A stretch of 39,875 nucleotides of DNA from a virus: UHGV virus genome UHGV-0200725; one strand, written 5' to 3'. Shown here one piece after another: positions 1 through 8,770 of this stretch; position 1 is the stretch's first letter; every line of letters starts with the position of its first letter. Position numbers and translations under genes: made by a program. The notes under the pieces were generated by a model, which searched no databases, was not told where the DNA came from, and was given only the letters and a program-made list of their open reading frames with translations.

Positions 1-309
1 TTGGGTAGGATGAAAATGGATATAACACCCTTACTTCATGCACTTTGTGCTGTGGCTGCGCAGCTACTGATTGGTCTTTTTACCGGGAACTGGGCTTACG
101 GAGCGATAGCCGGTTGTACGTTCTTCATTGCGCGTGAACACACCCAGGCAGAATATCGCTGGATTGAAATGTTCGGACATGGCAAGCGTATGAATATGCC
201 GTGGTGGGGCGGTTTTGATCCGCGCGTGTGGGATTTGGCAAGCCTTATGGATTTTTCTGTGCCAGTGGTGGCGTGTCTGCTGGTCTGGCTGTTGATCCGT
301 TCAACATAA
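1..309 (+). CDS. 3' part of a gene for a small hydrophobic (probable inner-membrane) protein; likely host flank or boundary gene, 5' end outside window
   Basis: Frame open from position 1 to TAA at 307-309; translation has two hydrophobic helices; no family recognised. Confidence 0.3.
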   Translation: MGRMKMDITPLLHALCAVAAQLLIGLFTGNWAYGAIAGCTFFIAREHTQAEYRWIEMFGHGKRMNMPWWGGFDPRVWDLASLMDFSVPVVACLLVWLLIRST

Positions 310-498
310 AAGCCGCAGCAACTTGTCATGGCAGAATACTGCGGCTGGCTGGTGAACTTCCGATAGTGCGAGTATTGAATGATTTCCAGCCGTTACCGAT
401 TTTACTATGTTTTCAGTAGAATGCTTAGACAAAACTGAGGCGCACAAAGCTTTGCACTGGATTGCAAGACTTTGTGCTATTCGATAGTTTAAGGTCGC

Positions 499-1692
499 TC
501 ACTCTACCTTTTCATCAAGCCAGTCCGCCCACCATTGCATCATTTCTCTGCGCTTATCGAGATACTGAGCATGGTTGTAAATTCCACGTACAGATCCGCC
601 GTTGGCATGTGCCAGTTGCACTTCAATGGCGTCGGCAGGCCATTCGTGCTCGTTCATAATCGTGCTGAATTCATGCCTGAATCCGTGACCGCTTTCCAGA
701 CCTTCATAGCCGATTTGTTTGATCACAAGTAGCACCGCGTTCTCGCAGATTGGCTTCTTCTTATCGTTGCGCCCGGAAAAAACAAACTCTGATACTGGTT
801 TAGTGATTGAGCTTAGTGTAGTGAGAAGTTCAACCACCTGGTCTGACATCGGGACAACATGAATTTTGCGTCCCTTCATCACACTGGCGTCGATGGTGAT
901 AATCCTGTTTTCAAAATCGACGTTCTTCCATAGCATGGAACGAAGCTCTTTTGTTCTTAGGGCTGTGTAGCGTAAAACTTTGGTCGCAATGAGCGATACG
1001 ATACTTCCTGAAAATGTTGCAAGTGCTTTGTTGAATGCCGGGATCTGGTCGGCAGGTAAAAATGGGAAGTTCTTCTTGCGGTATCCCTTCATGGCGTCAG
1101 CAAGGTCAGGTGCCGGGTTATATTTAGCCCTACCAGTGACAATAGCGTAACGGAAAACCTCGCCGCATCTTCTGCGGGCTTTGTTGGCTCGCTCCATTGC
1201 ACCGCGATCTTCAAATCTACGGATTACTTCCAGCAGTTGCATCGGCTCAATATCCTGAATTTCAAGGCCGCCGATGATAGGTAAAATGTCGTCATCAAAC
1301 ATTTTTGCAAGTTCAGTCGCATACCCTACTGACCAGACTTGCTTCTTGTGCTCGTACCATTCCTTGTAAATCGCACTAAAGGAATTGTTGTTAGACGAAG
1401 CCTTTTTCGCTTTTACCGGATCGATGCCAACCGAGATGTCTTTCCTCGCGGTCCATGCTTTATCTCTTGCCTCCTGCAAAGTCATAAGCGGATATTTTCC
1501 GACGGTCAGGATTTTCTCCTTACCGTCAATCTTGTAGCGAAGCTGCCATACCTTTTTCCCGGATACAGGAACATAAAGGTACAGGCCATTACCATCGAGA
1601 AGGCGGTATGGTTTTTCTTTCGGCTTTGCTGCTTCAATCTGCTTAACGGTGAGCATGGGTAAAAATCCGGTGGGTAAAATTATTTTATCCAC
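499..1692 (-). CDS. int: Tyrosine site-specific integrase (P4/CP4-57-like family)
   Basis: 397-aa ORF; N-terminal arm-binding-like region (KQIEAAKPKEKPYRLLDGNGLYLYV) and C-terminal catalytic region with conserved R...H..R..Y spacing (HGFRHEF...RGIYNHAQY); track start at 1692 is GTG, Met13 at 1656 is an alternative start. Confidence 0.9.
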   Translation of the reverse strand: MDKIILPTGFLPMLTVKQIEAAKPKEKPYRLLDGNGLYLYVPVSGKKVWQLRYKIDGKEKILTVGKYPLMTLQEARDKAWTARKDISVGIDPVKAKKASSNNNSFSAIYKEWYEHKKQVWSVGYATELAKMFDDDILPIIGGLEIQDIEPMQLLEVIRRFEDRGAMERANKARRRCGEVFRYAIVTGRAKYNPAPDLADAMKGYRKKNFPFLPADQIPAFNKALATFSGSIVSLIATKVLRYTALRTKELRSMLWKNVDFENRIITIDASVMKGRKIHVVPMSDQVVELLTTLSSITKPVSEFVFSGRNDKKKPICENAVLLVIKQIGYEGLESGHGFRHEFSTIMNEHEWPADAIEVQLAHANGGSVRGIYNHAQYLDKRREMMQWWADWLDEKVE

Positions 1693-1911
1693 TTTTTACC
1701 CGTCATGGAGTGCGGCTGTCAACGATCTGACGCGAACCATTACGAACTGTGAATCTACGGAAGGCTTGATATTCAGGGGATTTTGCGGACTGGTACGGAT
1801 GGGAGCGAACTGATAAATGGTGTCCCCTGCAGACATCTACTTGAAGCGGCAGGGGATTGATTGGAATGGTGTTTTTTAGGTGTGAGAAATATTTTACCCG
1901 CTATTTTACCC
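1657..1911. promoter_or_regulatory. Five copies of a 9-mer (A/T)TTTTACCC / GGGTAAAA(A/T) bracketing the int start and alpA 3' end; candidate Int arm-type or AlpA binding sites
   Basis: GGGTAAAAA 1657-1665, GGGTAAAAT 1672-1680, TTTTTACCC 1693-1701, ATTTTACCC 1891-1899 and 1903-1911, read directly. Confidence 0.3.
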
Positions 1912-2106
1912 ATTGGCGCGGCTTAAGAGCTTATTTTTGAATTCACAATGGTCACGATATAACCATCTTGCTCGCCCGTGGATAACTTTGGCTTTAGGCA
2001 GGTCGCCGGACTTAATCCGGTCATAGATGAAGGTTTTACCGAAGCCAGTATCGGCCATGATGAATTTCAAATCAACCAGTGAATCAGGTTGTAGTTCGTG
2101 TTGCAT
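1906..2106 (-). CDS. AlpA-family phage transcriptional regulator / excisionase
   Basis: 66-aa ORF directly upstream of int on same strand; small helix-turn-helix protein of AlpA/Xis type (LPKAKVIHGRARWLYRDHCEF). Confidence 0.7.
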   Translation of the reverse strand: MQHELQPDSLVDLKFIMADTGFGKTFIYDRIKSGDLPKAKVIHGRARWLYRDHCEFKNKLLSRANG

Positions 2107-2150
2107 GAGTGCTATCTCCGAATAGGGAATCGAACCTGCAAATCAGGCAA

Positions 2151-2171
2151 TAAAAAACCGCCATCAGGCGG
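2151..2171 (-). terminator. Rho-independent terminator ending the leftward early operon
   Basis: Minus strand reads CCGCC-TGAT-GGCGG followed by TTTTTT; hairpin 2158-2171, A-run on plus strand 2152-2157. Confidence 0.6.
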
Positions 2172-2331
2172 CTTGATGTTCTTTCAGTTCTTCAATTCGA
2201 ATATTGGTTACGTCTGCATGTGCTATCTGCGCCCACAGCATCCAGTGGTCATAGCAGTCATTGATGTTCTCTGCTTCGATAACTCTGTTGAATGGTTCTC
2301 CATTCCATTCACCTGTAACTCGGAAGTGCAT
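2164..2331 (-). CDS. Hypothetical small protein (55 aa), not in the supplied track
   Basis: ATG 2331-2329 preceded by GGAG; translation MHFRVTGEWNGEPFNRVIEAENINDCYDHWMLWAQIAHADVTNIRIEELKEHQAA; stop lies inside the terminator hairpin; more protein-like than track ORF 2223..2411. Confidence 0.4.
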   Translation of the reverse strand: MHFRVTGEWNGEPFNRVIEAENINDCYDHWMLWAQIAHADVTNIRIEELKEHQAA

Positions 2332-2403
2332 TTATCATCTCCATAAAACAAAACTCGCAGTAGCGAGTTCAGATAAAAGAAATCCCCGCGAGTGCGAGGA
2401 TTG

Positions 2404-2688
2404 TTATTCATTGCCGATATTTACCTTTATCGCGAACACCTTTACCGGTTTATCACCGAAGTGCGGATGCGTGATTATCTTGATTTCATATCCGTCATAC
2501 GGAACATCAATTCTTCGGCTGGAATCGTCGCGCTTCGGATATCCCTTTGTGATAATCAGGCGGTCATACTCCCGGAACATAATTCGCTTATTCCAGTAGT
2601 CATTACACAAGCGATACTCTTCCGTTTTCTCTCCGCGAATCATGGCATCGAAGTATTCACCTTTGACGGCAAGTTGCAGGTTAGCCAC
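2404..2688 (-). CDS. Hypothetical protein, possible ASCH/DUF3850-like fold
   Basis: 94-aa ORF overlapping the upstream gene by 8 nt; N-terminal GEYFDAMIRGEKTEEYR resembles ASCH-type proteins (from memory). Confidence 0.5.
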   Translation of the reverse strand: MANLQLAVKGEYFDAMIRGEKTEEYRLCNDYWNKRIMFREYDRLIITKGYPKRDDSSRRIDVPYDGYEIKIITHPHFGDKPVKVFAIKVNIGNE

Positions 2689-2983
2689 GGTTAACCTCCT
2701 GCGGAGTAGCTTTTACAAGCACTGGTGTAAATCCATCTTCATTAAGGTTATGAATATAGACTTCTGTTCTCCTGCGCTCTTCAACGTTTAATATTGTTTC
2801 TGGATCATAAACCCATACTTTCATTCGACTATTCCATGAAGAAATCGCTTCAGATCTAGTTCGTTTTTCTGGTCCTTGGGCACCACATTTGCATGACACA
2901 TAGCGCATTTTCCCTCTGATACTGAATGAGTATCCGATGTTAAGCACAGTGGAACCACAGAATGGGCAGCGATATAGATTCAT
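2681..2983 (-). CDS. Lar-family restriction-alleviation protein (zinc-ribbon)
   Basis: 100-aa ORF with CPFCG...CKCG pairs typical of the Lar family; 4-nt overlap with upstream gene. Confidence 0.6.
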   Translation of the reverse strand: MNLYRCPFCGSTVLNIGYSFSIRGKMRYVSCKCGAQGPEKRTRSEAISSWNSRMKVWVYDPETILNVEERRRTEVYIHNLNEDGFTPVLVKATPQEVNRG

Positions 2984-3819
2984 AAATCACCCACCTTAGG
3001 CGCAGCTGAGACAGCAACATTCCAGAACTCAGAAAACATATTGTATGCACCAGATAGATTGGAAGTGGCATACCCTCCAAGCTCACTTCTAATCTGAACG
3101 GCTCTCATCATTTCCGGTGTTAACTCCTTCGGCACCATAACCCAACCATCCGGAGTTACCGGATAGTTGCCAGCCAGTCTACGCAAAACAGCCTTAATCG
3201 CATCAATACGGTCATCATCGCAACTTTCCAGCGTATCTATGCGGTCGAGCATGATGATTGCGTTATCAATATCAGGATTGCCGGTCCACTCATTACCGCG
3301 ATTGGATTCGACAGCCAGGTTGCCGTATACTGTTTGATTCTCGGCTTTACCCAGTCTGTCGTCGCTGCATGAATGCCCTTCCAGCCAGGCCAGTGCTTGT
3401 CGCATGAAATACGCAATATGCTTGCCGTGGTAATCGTCTTCATCGATGTGAAAAGCGATACTGCGGATGTATTCAATTGCGTTTTCAATGGCCTCTAACG
3501 CTATCGGCGCTGGCGGAGTGGTATATAGTTTTCGACATTTGTATATCCAACCGGCATGGTCAGGCGTGTCTGTAAAGCGCAAATCGTCTTCGTAGCAATC
3601 ACGACTTCGTTCTTTCCATTCCGTCCACGGAACACCGCTATTCCAGGTGGGGCGAGTGCAGGACTGATACAGAACAGGCTCTGCTTCCAGCGATGCCAGT
3701 GCAATTCGTGCCAGTTCCCTAAGATTTTCGCTATATGGTGAAGTATTATCACGATGGATTATGTGATTAGCTGTATCTATGAGAACTTGCTTTTGTTCTT
3801 CTCTGTTCATAGTGGTCAT
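2980..3819 (-). CDS. Hypothetical protein (279 aa), acidic, unknown function
   Basis: Long ORF in the coupled early-left chain; no family recognised. Confidence 0.7.
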   Translation of the reverse strand: MTTMNREEQKQVLIDTANHIIHRDNTSPYSENLRELARIALASLEAEPVLYQSCTRPTWNSGVPWTEWKERSRDCYEDDLRFTDTPDHAGWIYKCRKLYTTPPAPIALEAIENAIEYIRSIAFHIDEDDYHGKHIAYFMRQALAWLEGHSCSDDRLGKAENQTVYGNLAVESNRGNEWTGNPDIDNAIIMLDRIDTLESCDDDRIDAIKAVLRRLAGNYPVTPDGWVMVPKELTPEMMRAVQIRSELGGYATSNLSGAYNMFSEFWNVAVSAAPKVGDL

Positions 3820-3820
3820 C

Positions 3821-4636
3821 TCACTCTCCTTTGATGCGAATGCCAGCGGCGCGGATTGCAGCGATGACTTCAGAAACTTTGTATGCCATTACCGTTTGGT
3901 AATCATCGTGAAAATCTGTTCGATGAAGCATGCTGCTACGTTCCGGGAGCGATATTTCCCGAGCATCCAGTTCCTTAACGCGTTCCTCCAGTTCGTAGAC
4001 CCTGCATTGTTCTCTATCATCAATCAGATATAACCCAAGACATTCGCTTTCTACCCAACCGCCAAAATCATGATCGTAACGCTCACATGAAAACTCACCG
4101 TCACCGTCCTTTGTTGGAATGGTGTAACTATCTAATGGGCCACCATATGTCGGCACATTCCCCAATGTTGGATGCTCAATCCACATGAAAAATGCACGTC
4201 CGGTTATTGGGCAAATATCTGGCCGCCATTGGTTACGAACAGCCTTGGTTTCGGATAATTCTTCAGCGTGTTGTTTTACTTCCTCAAGCTCAACTCTCAG
4301 CTTCCCAACCGTAAGAGCAATATCCTCGTTCTCCTGGTCACGGCGTTTGATGTATTGCTGGTTTCTTTCCCGTTCATCCAGAAGCGCCAGCACAGTAGCC
4401 GGATTGGCGGCGGCGATGAATTCAGCATTGGCCTGCTGTTCCATTTGGAAATCTTCATCGAAACCGCTTTCTGGATGCGCTCCTTCAATTCTGCAAATGG
4501 GAATATATCCAGCAACTTCACGATGAATTAGCGCATCATCACCATCAAATCGGCTCTCTCCATATTCGAGCGACCACACGCCACACGTTGCTTTCTCTGC
4601 CTTTTCACGCAGTGCCTGATAGTCAATCTTGCTCAT
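3821..4636 (-). CDS. Ea22-like early-region protein
   Basis: 271-aa ORF with central coiled-coil-like segment, resembling lambdoid ead/Ea22 proteins; start overlaps upstream stop. Confidence 0.55.
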   Translation of the reverse strand: MSKIDYQALREKAEKATCGVWSLEYGESRFDGDDALIHREVAGYIPICRIEGAHPESGFDEDFQMEQQANAEFIAAANPATVLALLDERERNQQYIKRRDQENEDIALTVGKLRVELEEVKQHAEELSETKAVRNQWRPDICPITGRAFFMWIEHPTLGNVPTYGGPLDSYTIPTKDGDGEFSCERYDHDFGGWVESECLGLYLIDDREQCRVYELEERVKELDAREISLPERSSMLHRTDFHDDYQTVMAYKVSEVIAAIRAAGIRIKGE

Positions 4637-5208
4637 TGGATGACTCCTTTACGAAGCTGTTCGGCGATATCTTCGAGAACGCCATCAGAGAATGAGCGAT
4701 CAAAATCGCCTTCCGGCGCATTAGCCATAAACTCAGTAGAGGTAAGAATCATCCTGGCAATATCCGCGGCGTTCTTCGCAGTATCATCAATAAAACCAGC
4801 TTCCCAGGCAGCCAGCATTCTGTTCGCCACAAAGTAAGCTCCCTCCTTGCGTGCTTCAGTCTTCCCTTCAGCCAGAAAAGCATCGGTGGCTGGGGTTTCA
4901 GTAATATCATCTTCCCATTCGCTAAACTCCTCACGACAAAAGTCATTAAATTCCTTCTCAGATTGCTTAAGCGAGGAATTTTCAGCAGCCATCTTCGCGC
5001 ATTTAGCCTCAAGGTTATCAATCGTGATTCCAGCAGAACGACACTCCCGCAACGCCGTTTCTAGTTTTGATTCAAGCTCACCGAACTTACGGACAAGATA
5101 TTCAGCGTTTGTTTCGTCAACCTTTAAATCACTTGGGATGCATTTACCTTTCAGAAAACCATCCATCTCAATTAGTGACATTTGTTTCATTTCTTCCCAC
5201 TCCGCCAC
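4633..5208 (-). CDS. Hypothetical protein (191 aa from GTG 5208; 185 aa from ATG 5190)
   Basis: ORF in the coupled chain; ATG at 5190 overlaps the stop of the upstream 54-aa ORF. Confidence 0.65.
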   Translation of the reverse strand: MAEWEEMKQMSLIEMDGFLKGKCIPSDLKVDETNAEYLVRKFGELESKLETALRECRSAGITIDNLEAKCAKMAAENSSLKQSEKEFNDFCREEFSEWEDDITETPATDAFLAEGKTEARKEGAYFVANRMLAAWEAGFIDDTAKNAADIARMILTSTEFMANAPEGDFDRSFSDGVLEDIAEQLRKGVIQ

Positions 5209-5351
5209 ATCGCATTCAGATATTTGTTTTGATTCACTGATGGAAAAGAATTTCTCTTAAGCAATTCCTCTCTCGATGGCATTGGTTTTACGCGTTGGCG
5301 AATAATCATTTCTGCCGGAAGAATGCCGGGATTGTATGCAAGTCCTCTCAT
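5187..5351 (-). CDS. Small hypothetical protein (54 aa), not in the supplied track
   Basis: ATG 5351-5349 overlaps the TGA of the upstream gene; own TGA overlaps ATG 5190 of the next gene; translation [54 protein letters not shown]. Confidence 0.35.
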   Translation of the reverse strand: MRGLAYNPGILPAEMIIRQRVKPMPSREELLKRNSFPSVNQNKYLNAMWRSGKK

Positions 5352-5629
5352 GATTTACTCTCCACGAACTGGTCAACGGCCATGCTAAGTGACACACCTA
5401 AAGTCTCGATATGCTGCTGAATATCCTGTAGCGTCCGCGCCTGAGATAACAGAATTTCACGGTTGCATAACTCTTTAACCAGATGCTCAAACTTGCTGTA
5501 ATAACCGATACGGCTTAGTGTTTCTTTCCCTGCATTCTCACCTTCTTTGATAATTCCTCTTTCGCTAAGAATCAGATCGTGTTTGGTTCCGGTAATAACG
5601 TATTTTCCGAGGTCGATGTTTAGCTTCAT
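5348..5629 (-). CDS. Hypothetical protein (93 aa)
   Basis: ORF in coupled early-left chain. Confidence 0.65.
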   Translation of the reverse strand: MKLNIDLGKYVITGTKHDLILSERGIIKEGENAGKETLSRIGYYSKFEHLVKELCNREILLSQARTLQDIQQHIETLGVSLSMAVDQFVESKS

Positions 5630-5645
5630 TGTTAATTACTCCATG

Positions 5646-5960
5646 TTAATTTATTTGTATGCCTGCTCTTTTTTCATCGAGTTTTTTTAGCTTGTATCGC
5701 ATAGCTCTTACCGAATAAATTGAGCGGCAGGTTGCAATTGCTATTTCTTCTGCGGAGAACTTACCGAAAAGTGATACTTCGGCTCTTGTCCATCGTCTTC
5801 CACGAAGTCGGCTAACAATGTCAGCGCCAATCCTTGTTGCTTTCGCCATTACTGCTTTCTCAGTCCTTTCCAGTTTTTCAGCGATAACTTCAACTGGCAT
5901 TGTCGCCGCTACTTCGCGCAAGAAATCGACTTCCCATTTCTCCCATGGAGTCTTTTTCAT
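5646..5960 (-). CDS. Hypothetical protein (104 aa), basic
   Basis: ORF in early-left operon, 16 nt upstream of next gene. Confidence 0.65.
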   Translation of the reverse strand: MKKTPWEKWEVDFLREVAATMPVEVIAEKLERTEKAVMAKATRIGADIVSRLRGRRWTRAEVSLFGKFSAEEIAIATCRSIYSVRAMRYKLKKLDEKRAGIQIN

Positions 5961-5971
5961 AGGCGATACCG

Positions 5972-6460
5972 TTATTTGATAAGAAGTGAAGGTTTCCCAA
6001 CTTTGAGTTGAGCGCCGGGGATATTTATTCCTGCTTTTAGTTGGTGTTTGATTGCCAGTTTGTCGGCTTTAATTGTCGTTTCAAACTCAACGTATTCAGG
6101 AGGAAGGGCGCTTGAGTCGATGATTTCTACAGTTTCTGACGGTTTGCGGATTGTTACCTGGTGAATACCTGCTCGAATCTTTTTCTTGCCAACCATTTCA
6201 AGCGATGACGCTATATACGCCATAATGCTGTCAATCTTATTTTGAATTACTGCAGCTCGTTCATTCAGTGACTTTGCCTCTTCCTTGAGGCGTTCAGCAT
6301 AACCAGATTCATTTTTAATAATGGCAAGAAGTTGCTCTATTTTATCGGTAAATTCTCCTTCCATGCCTTCTATTGTGTCAGCAATCATCTCTGGCTCTAA
6401 ATCTGAATCCATCAATTTTGCGTATTCATTGGCAATTTCATATAGTTTGCTCACTGGCAA
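5972..6460 (-). CDS. Siphovirus Gp157-family protein
   Basis: 162-aa ORF immediately downstream of RecT, overlapping it by 23 nt; sequence character matches Gp157-like proteins (from memory). Confidence 0.55.
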   Translation of the reverse strand: MPVSKLYEIANEYAKLMDSDLEPEMIADTIEGMEGEFTDKIEQLLAIIKNESGYAERLKEEAKSLNERAAVIQNKIDSIMAYIASSLEMVGKKKIRAGIHQVTIRKPSETVEIIDSSALPPEYVEFETTIKADKLAIKHQLKAGINIPGAQLKVGKPSLLIK

Positions 6461-7349
6461 CCTCCAGTTTCTCTTTGCATTCTGCGTAAATGGCTTGTAC
6501 GTTCTGCTGCAATTTCATTCCAGATGTCAGGCGATATGCTTCTGCAAAATATCGCTTCAAATCATCCATGTTTTCAGCCTGAGCCATTTCATCACAAAGA
6601 AGTTGTGCTTTATCCGTTATTTCCTGCTGGCGTTTCCGTTCATCTTCGCGGATATCTTCCTCTGATTTGTGCGGCATAACTGGTTCAGTCCACACACCTT
6701 CTTCTTCGTTTAGTACGTGAATAGCACTATCAAGACGTGATGCCTTAGGCCAATACTTGCTTGCACGCTTTACGACCGTCTTTCGCGCCATCTCATTCCA
6801 GTGATTTACCCATGGTCCTTTATCGCTGAATGCCGCCTTGCTTGTTTTCCTTACAGCCTCAATTTCAGCCAGACTCATCTCTTCCGTTAGATAATCACCT
6901 GCTGGCGTCTTAACTGTGCAGTAAACGCCAACGATATCACCACGATCACCGAAGGCGTTGTATTTATGGGTTGGTGCTTTATCAAGCCCGTTTGACTCAT
7001 AGGTATCGTTAGCATGAACAAGTTTTGCCTGACCCCATGAGATAACACCAGACTCCATTGCAATATGGAGCAATCCCATATAACTGATATCAAGGCACAC
7101 CATGCCGTCGCGCGGAACTAGATAAGCAAGTTTGCTGGCCGGGTTTAAGGTGATGCCGATCGCCGCAACATTGATGATGGCGTTCTGTGCGCTGGTTGGA
7201 TTTGCCAGTGCCGTTTTAGCCAGGTAATCATTTTTCTGGAAATACTGAATTGCAAACTGGCTTTCCTTAGCCCATGTCACCGTCTGTTCAGTCAATGCTC
7301 CGCAGAATAACTGCTCCTGCTGTTTAACGAATTCAACGATATTGCTCAT
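6438..7349 (-). CDS. recT: RecT-family single-strand annealing recombinase
   Basis: 303-aa ORF; motifs LAYLVPRDGMVCLDISYMGL and GPWVNHWNEMARKTVVKRASKYWP match RecT-family core. Confidence 0.85.
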   Translation of the reverse strand: MSNIVEFVKQQEQLFCGALTEQTVTWAKESQFAIQYFQKNDYLAKTALANPTSAQNAIINVAAIGITLNPASKLAYLVPRDGMVCLDISYMGLLHIAMESGVISWGQAKLVHANDTYESNGLDKAPTHKYNAFGDRGDIVGVYCTVKTPAGDYLTEEMSLAEIEAVRKTSKAAFSDKGPWVNHWNEMARKTVVKRASKYWPKASRLDSAIHVLNEEEGVWTEPVMPHKSEEDIREDERKRQQEITDKAQLLCDEMAQAENMDDLKRYFAEAYRLTSGMKLQQNVQAIYAECKEKLEVASEQTI

Positions 7350-7657
7350 GCTGCTTCTCCATAAATGTGTCTGCGTTTGAATATTGCGAAGGCATATTCA
7401 GCCTTAACTCTTTCGGTTATTGCATCCCAGAACCATTCAGCGGCTTTTTCCTGATAGTCACAGTCATCATCTTCCAGCCAGTCGATAGCGTCCTTAGTGT
7501 GTTCATCTGGTTTATATGAGCGAAGCATTTCGCTTATTGGGTCGCAACGTTTGCAGAGGCGATCAACTTCACTGTTGATTCGTTCGTAATCTTCATCAGT
7601 AAAACTTGCGATTATTTGCGATATTTCACGCTTATCATTCAGAGTCAGAATCATCAT
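7346..7657 (-). CDS. Hypothetical protein (103 aa)
   Basis: ORF with 4-nt overlap to recT. Confidence 0.65.
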   Translation of the reverse strand: MMILTLNDKREISQIIASFTDEDYERINSEVDRLCKRCDPISEMLRSYKPDEHTKDAIDWLEDDDCDYQEKAAEWFWDAITERVKAEYAFAIFKRRHIYGEAA

Positions 7658-7742
7658 CTTTCTCCTGTTCTTTGTGCTGATTGAGCATTTTGTTCATCTG
7701 ACGAATGAATTCTTCGTCTGACCAGTTATCTGTAAAACTCAT
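7635..7742 (-). CDS. Micro-ORF (35 aa), not in the supplied track
   Basis: ATG 7742-7740 overlaps the TGA of the kil-like ORF; translation MSFTDNWSDEEFIRQMNKMLNQHKEQEKDDDSDSE. Confidence 0.3.
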   Translation of the reverse strand: MSFTDNWSDEEFIRQMNKMLNQHKEQEKDDDSDSE

Positions 7743-7891
7743 TTCCTGCGATACCACGGAAGGTTGATAGCTGATTTCATCGTTTTATTTGCTTCAAGCC
7801 ACATTTTTGAATCACCAATAAATCTGGCTATTACTGCTTTGTTCTGTGCAGCACGAAGCATCTGGTGATTGATGGCTATTTCATTGCGCAT
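7739..7891 (-). CDS. kil: Kil-like host-killing / division-inhibitor protein (50 aa)
   Basis: Translation MRNEIAINHQMLRAAQNKAVIARFIGDSKMWLEANKTMKSAINLPWYRRK; core IARFIGDSKMW matches my recollection of lambda Kil; sits directly after the cIII-like gene as in lambda. Confidence 0.5.
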   Translation of the reverse strand: MRNEIAINHQMLRAAQNKAVIARFIGDSKMWLEANKTMKSAINLPWYRRK

Positions 7892-8010
7892 AACGCCTCC
7901 AGTTGTTTCTTTGCTGCTCTGATTAATTGTTTAACTCGGCGTGATAATTCAGATTCGTGCGGGTAGAAAGCGGACATGACGCCGCTACCCGCGAGCTGAA
8001 AGTGCATCAT
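7876..8010 (-). CDS. cIII: cIII-like small regulator (44 aa)
   Basis: ATG at 8010 preceded by AAGGAG (8017-8022); translation MMHFQLAGSGVMSAFYPHESELSRRVKQLIRAAKKQLEALCAMK follows the lambda cIII pattern; track ORF 7876..8115 is an over-extended version. Confidence 0.6.
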   Translation of the reverse strand: MMHFQLAGSGVMSAFYPHESELSRRVKQLIRAAKKQLEALCAMK

Positions 8011-8075
8011 GGGTAACTCCTTATATTTGATTGCATAACGAAAACGCCTCGAGTGAAGCGTTATTGGTATGCATA

Positions 8076-8100
8076 TAAAAAAGCCCTCACATAGGAGGGC
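8076..8100 (-). terminator. Rho-independent terminator inside the pL operon (tL-like, expected to be overridden by N)
   Basis: Minus strand reads GCCCTC-CTATGT-GAGGGC followed by TTTTTT. Confidence 0.55.
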
Positions 8101-8195
8101 AAAGAAGATTTCCAATAATCAGAACAAGTCGGCTCCTGTTTAGTTACGAGCGACATTGCTCCGTGTATTCACTCGTTGGAATGAATACACAGTGC

Positions 8196-8399
8196 TTATT
8201 CGCGAGCTTTGAGCATTGCGTCTGCAAACTTATATGCAGCGCTTGCTGCATAATTAACAGCTCCATCAGAATCATTATCGATAATCGATGGATTGCTAAT
8301 CATTGCTTGCATAGCCTTTGCCGCGAAGTAATCACGTAATGTCGCATCACTTGCCATTTCTGGGCGTTTGATATCTGCTTCATAAAACTCGCACATCAC
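8196..8399 (-). CDS. Hypothetical protein (about 66 aa)
   Basis: ORF in pL operon between the Ral-like and cIII-like genes; track start is GTG, ATG follows at 8396. Confidence 0.6.
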   Translation of the reverse strand: MMCEFYEADIKRPEMASDATLRDYFAAKAMQAMISNPSIIDNDSDGAVNYAASAAYKFADAMLKARE

Positions 8400-8530
8400 T
8401 CACCTCCAAGAGCATTTGCAGCCTCTTTTGCTTTGTGAATCCATAGCAGAGCCATGTAGTACACAGCCTTTTCGTCGGCTCCTGTGATATCTTGCTCTGC
8501 CATCCATTTTGTGAATTCAACTGCGTTCAT
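8396..8530 (-). CDS. Small hypothetical protein (44 aa), not in the supplied track
   Basis: ATG at 8530 preceded by AGAGGTG; translation MNAVEFTKWMAEQDITGADEKAVYYMALLWIHKAKEAANALGGE; stop overlaps next start. Confidence 0.35.
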   Translation of the reverse strand: MNAVEFTKWMAEQDITGADEKAVYYMALLWIHKAKEAANALGGE

Positions 8531-8569
8531 CTTCACCTCTATTGTTTACGCCAAAAATAAAGGCCACCA

Positions 8570-8770
8570 TCAGGCAGCCTTGTTGTTCTGTTTACCAAGT
8601 TCTCTGGCAATCATTGCCGTCGTTCGCATTGCCCATTTATCGACATATTTCCCATCTTCCATCACAGGAAACATTTCTTCAGGCTTAACCATGCATTCCG
8701 ATTGCAGCTTGCATCCATTGCATCGCTTGAATTGTCCACACCATTGATTCTTATCAATAGTCGTAGTCAT
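8570..8770 (-). CDS. ral: Ral-like restriction-alleviation protein
   Basis: 66-aa Cys-rich ORF (MTTTIDKNQWCGQFKRCNGCKLQSEC...) downstream of N in the pL operon, matching lambda Ral position and sequence as recalled. Confidence 0.6.
   Translation of the reverse strand: MTTTIDKNQWCGQFKRCNGCKLQSECMVKPEEMFPVMEDGKYVDKWAMRTTAMIARELGKQNNKAA

Noticed and set aside
2125-2136. Minus-strand GGTTCGATTCC, identical to a canonical tRNA T-loop motif
   Set aside because: Flanking sequence cannot form a T-stem, acceptor stem or anticodon arm; it lies between a CDS stop and the terminator hairpin. Treated as chance, though a decayed tRNA 3' fragment cannot be excluded without a search.
2223-2411. Track ORF (62 aa, minus strand) between ASCH-like gene and terminator
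   Set aside because: Composition not protein-like and no RBS; an alternative 55-aa frame (2164-2331) with GGAG RBS ending in the terminator fits better.
7876-8115. Track ORF of 79 aa on minus strand
   Set aside because: Upstream 35 codons read through the tL-like terminator and are hydrophobic junk; a strong AAGGAG RBS precedes the internal ATG at 8010, giving the 44-aa cIII-like product.
8553-8580. Imperfect hairpin plus T-rich run overlapping the Ral-like stop codon
   Set aside because: Stem has mismatches and overlaps coding sequence; weaker than the other terminators, so not called.
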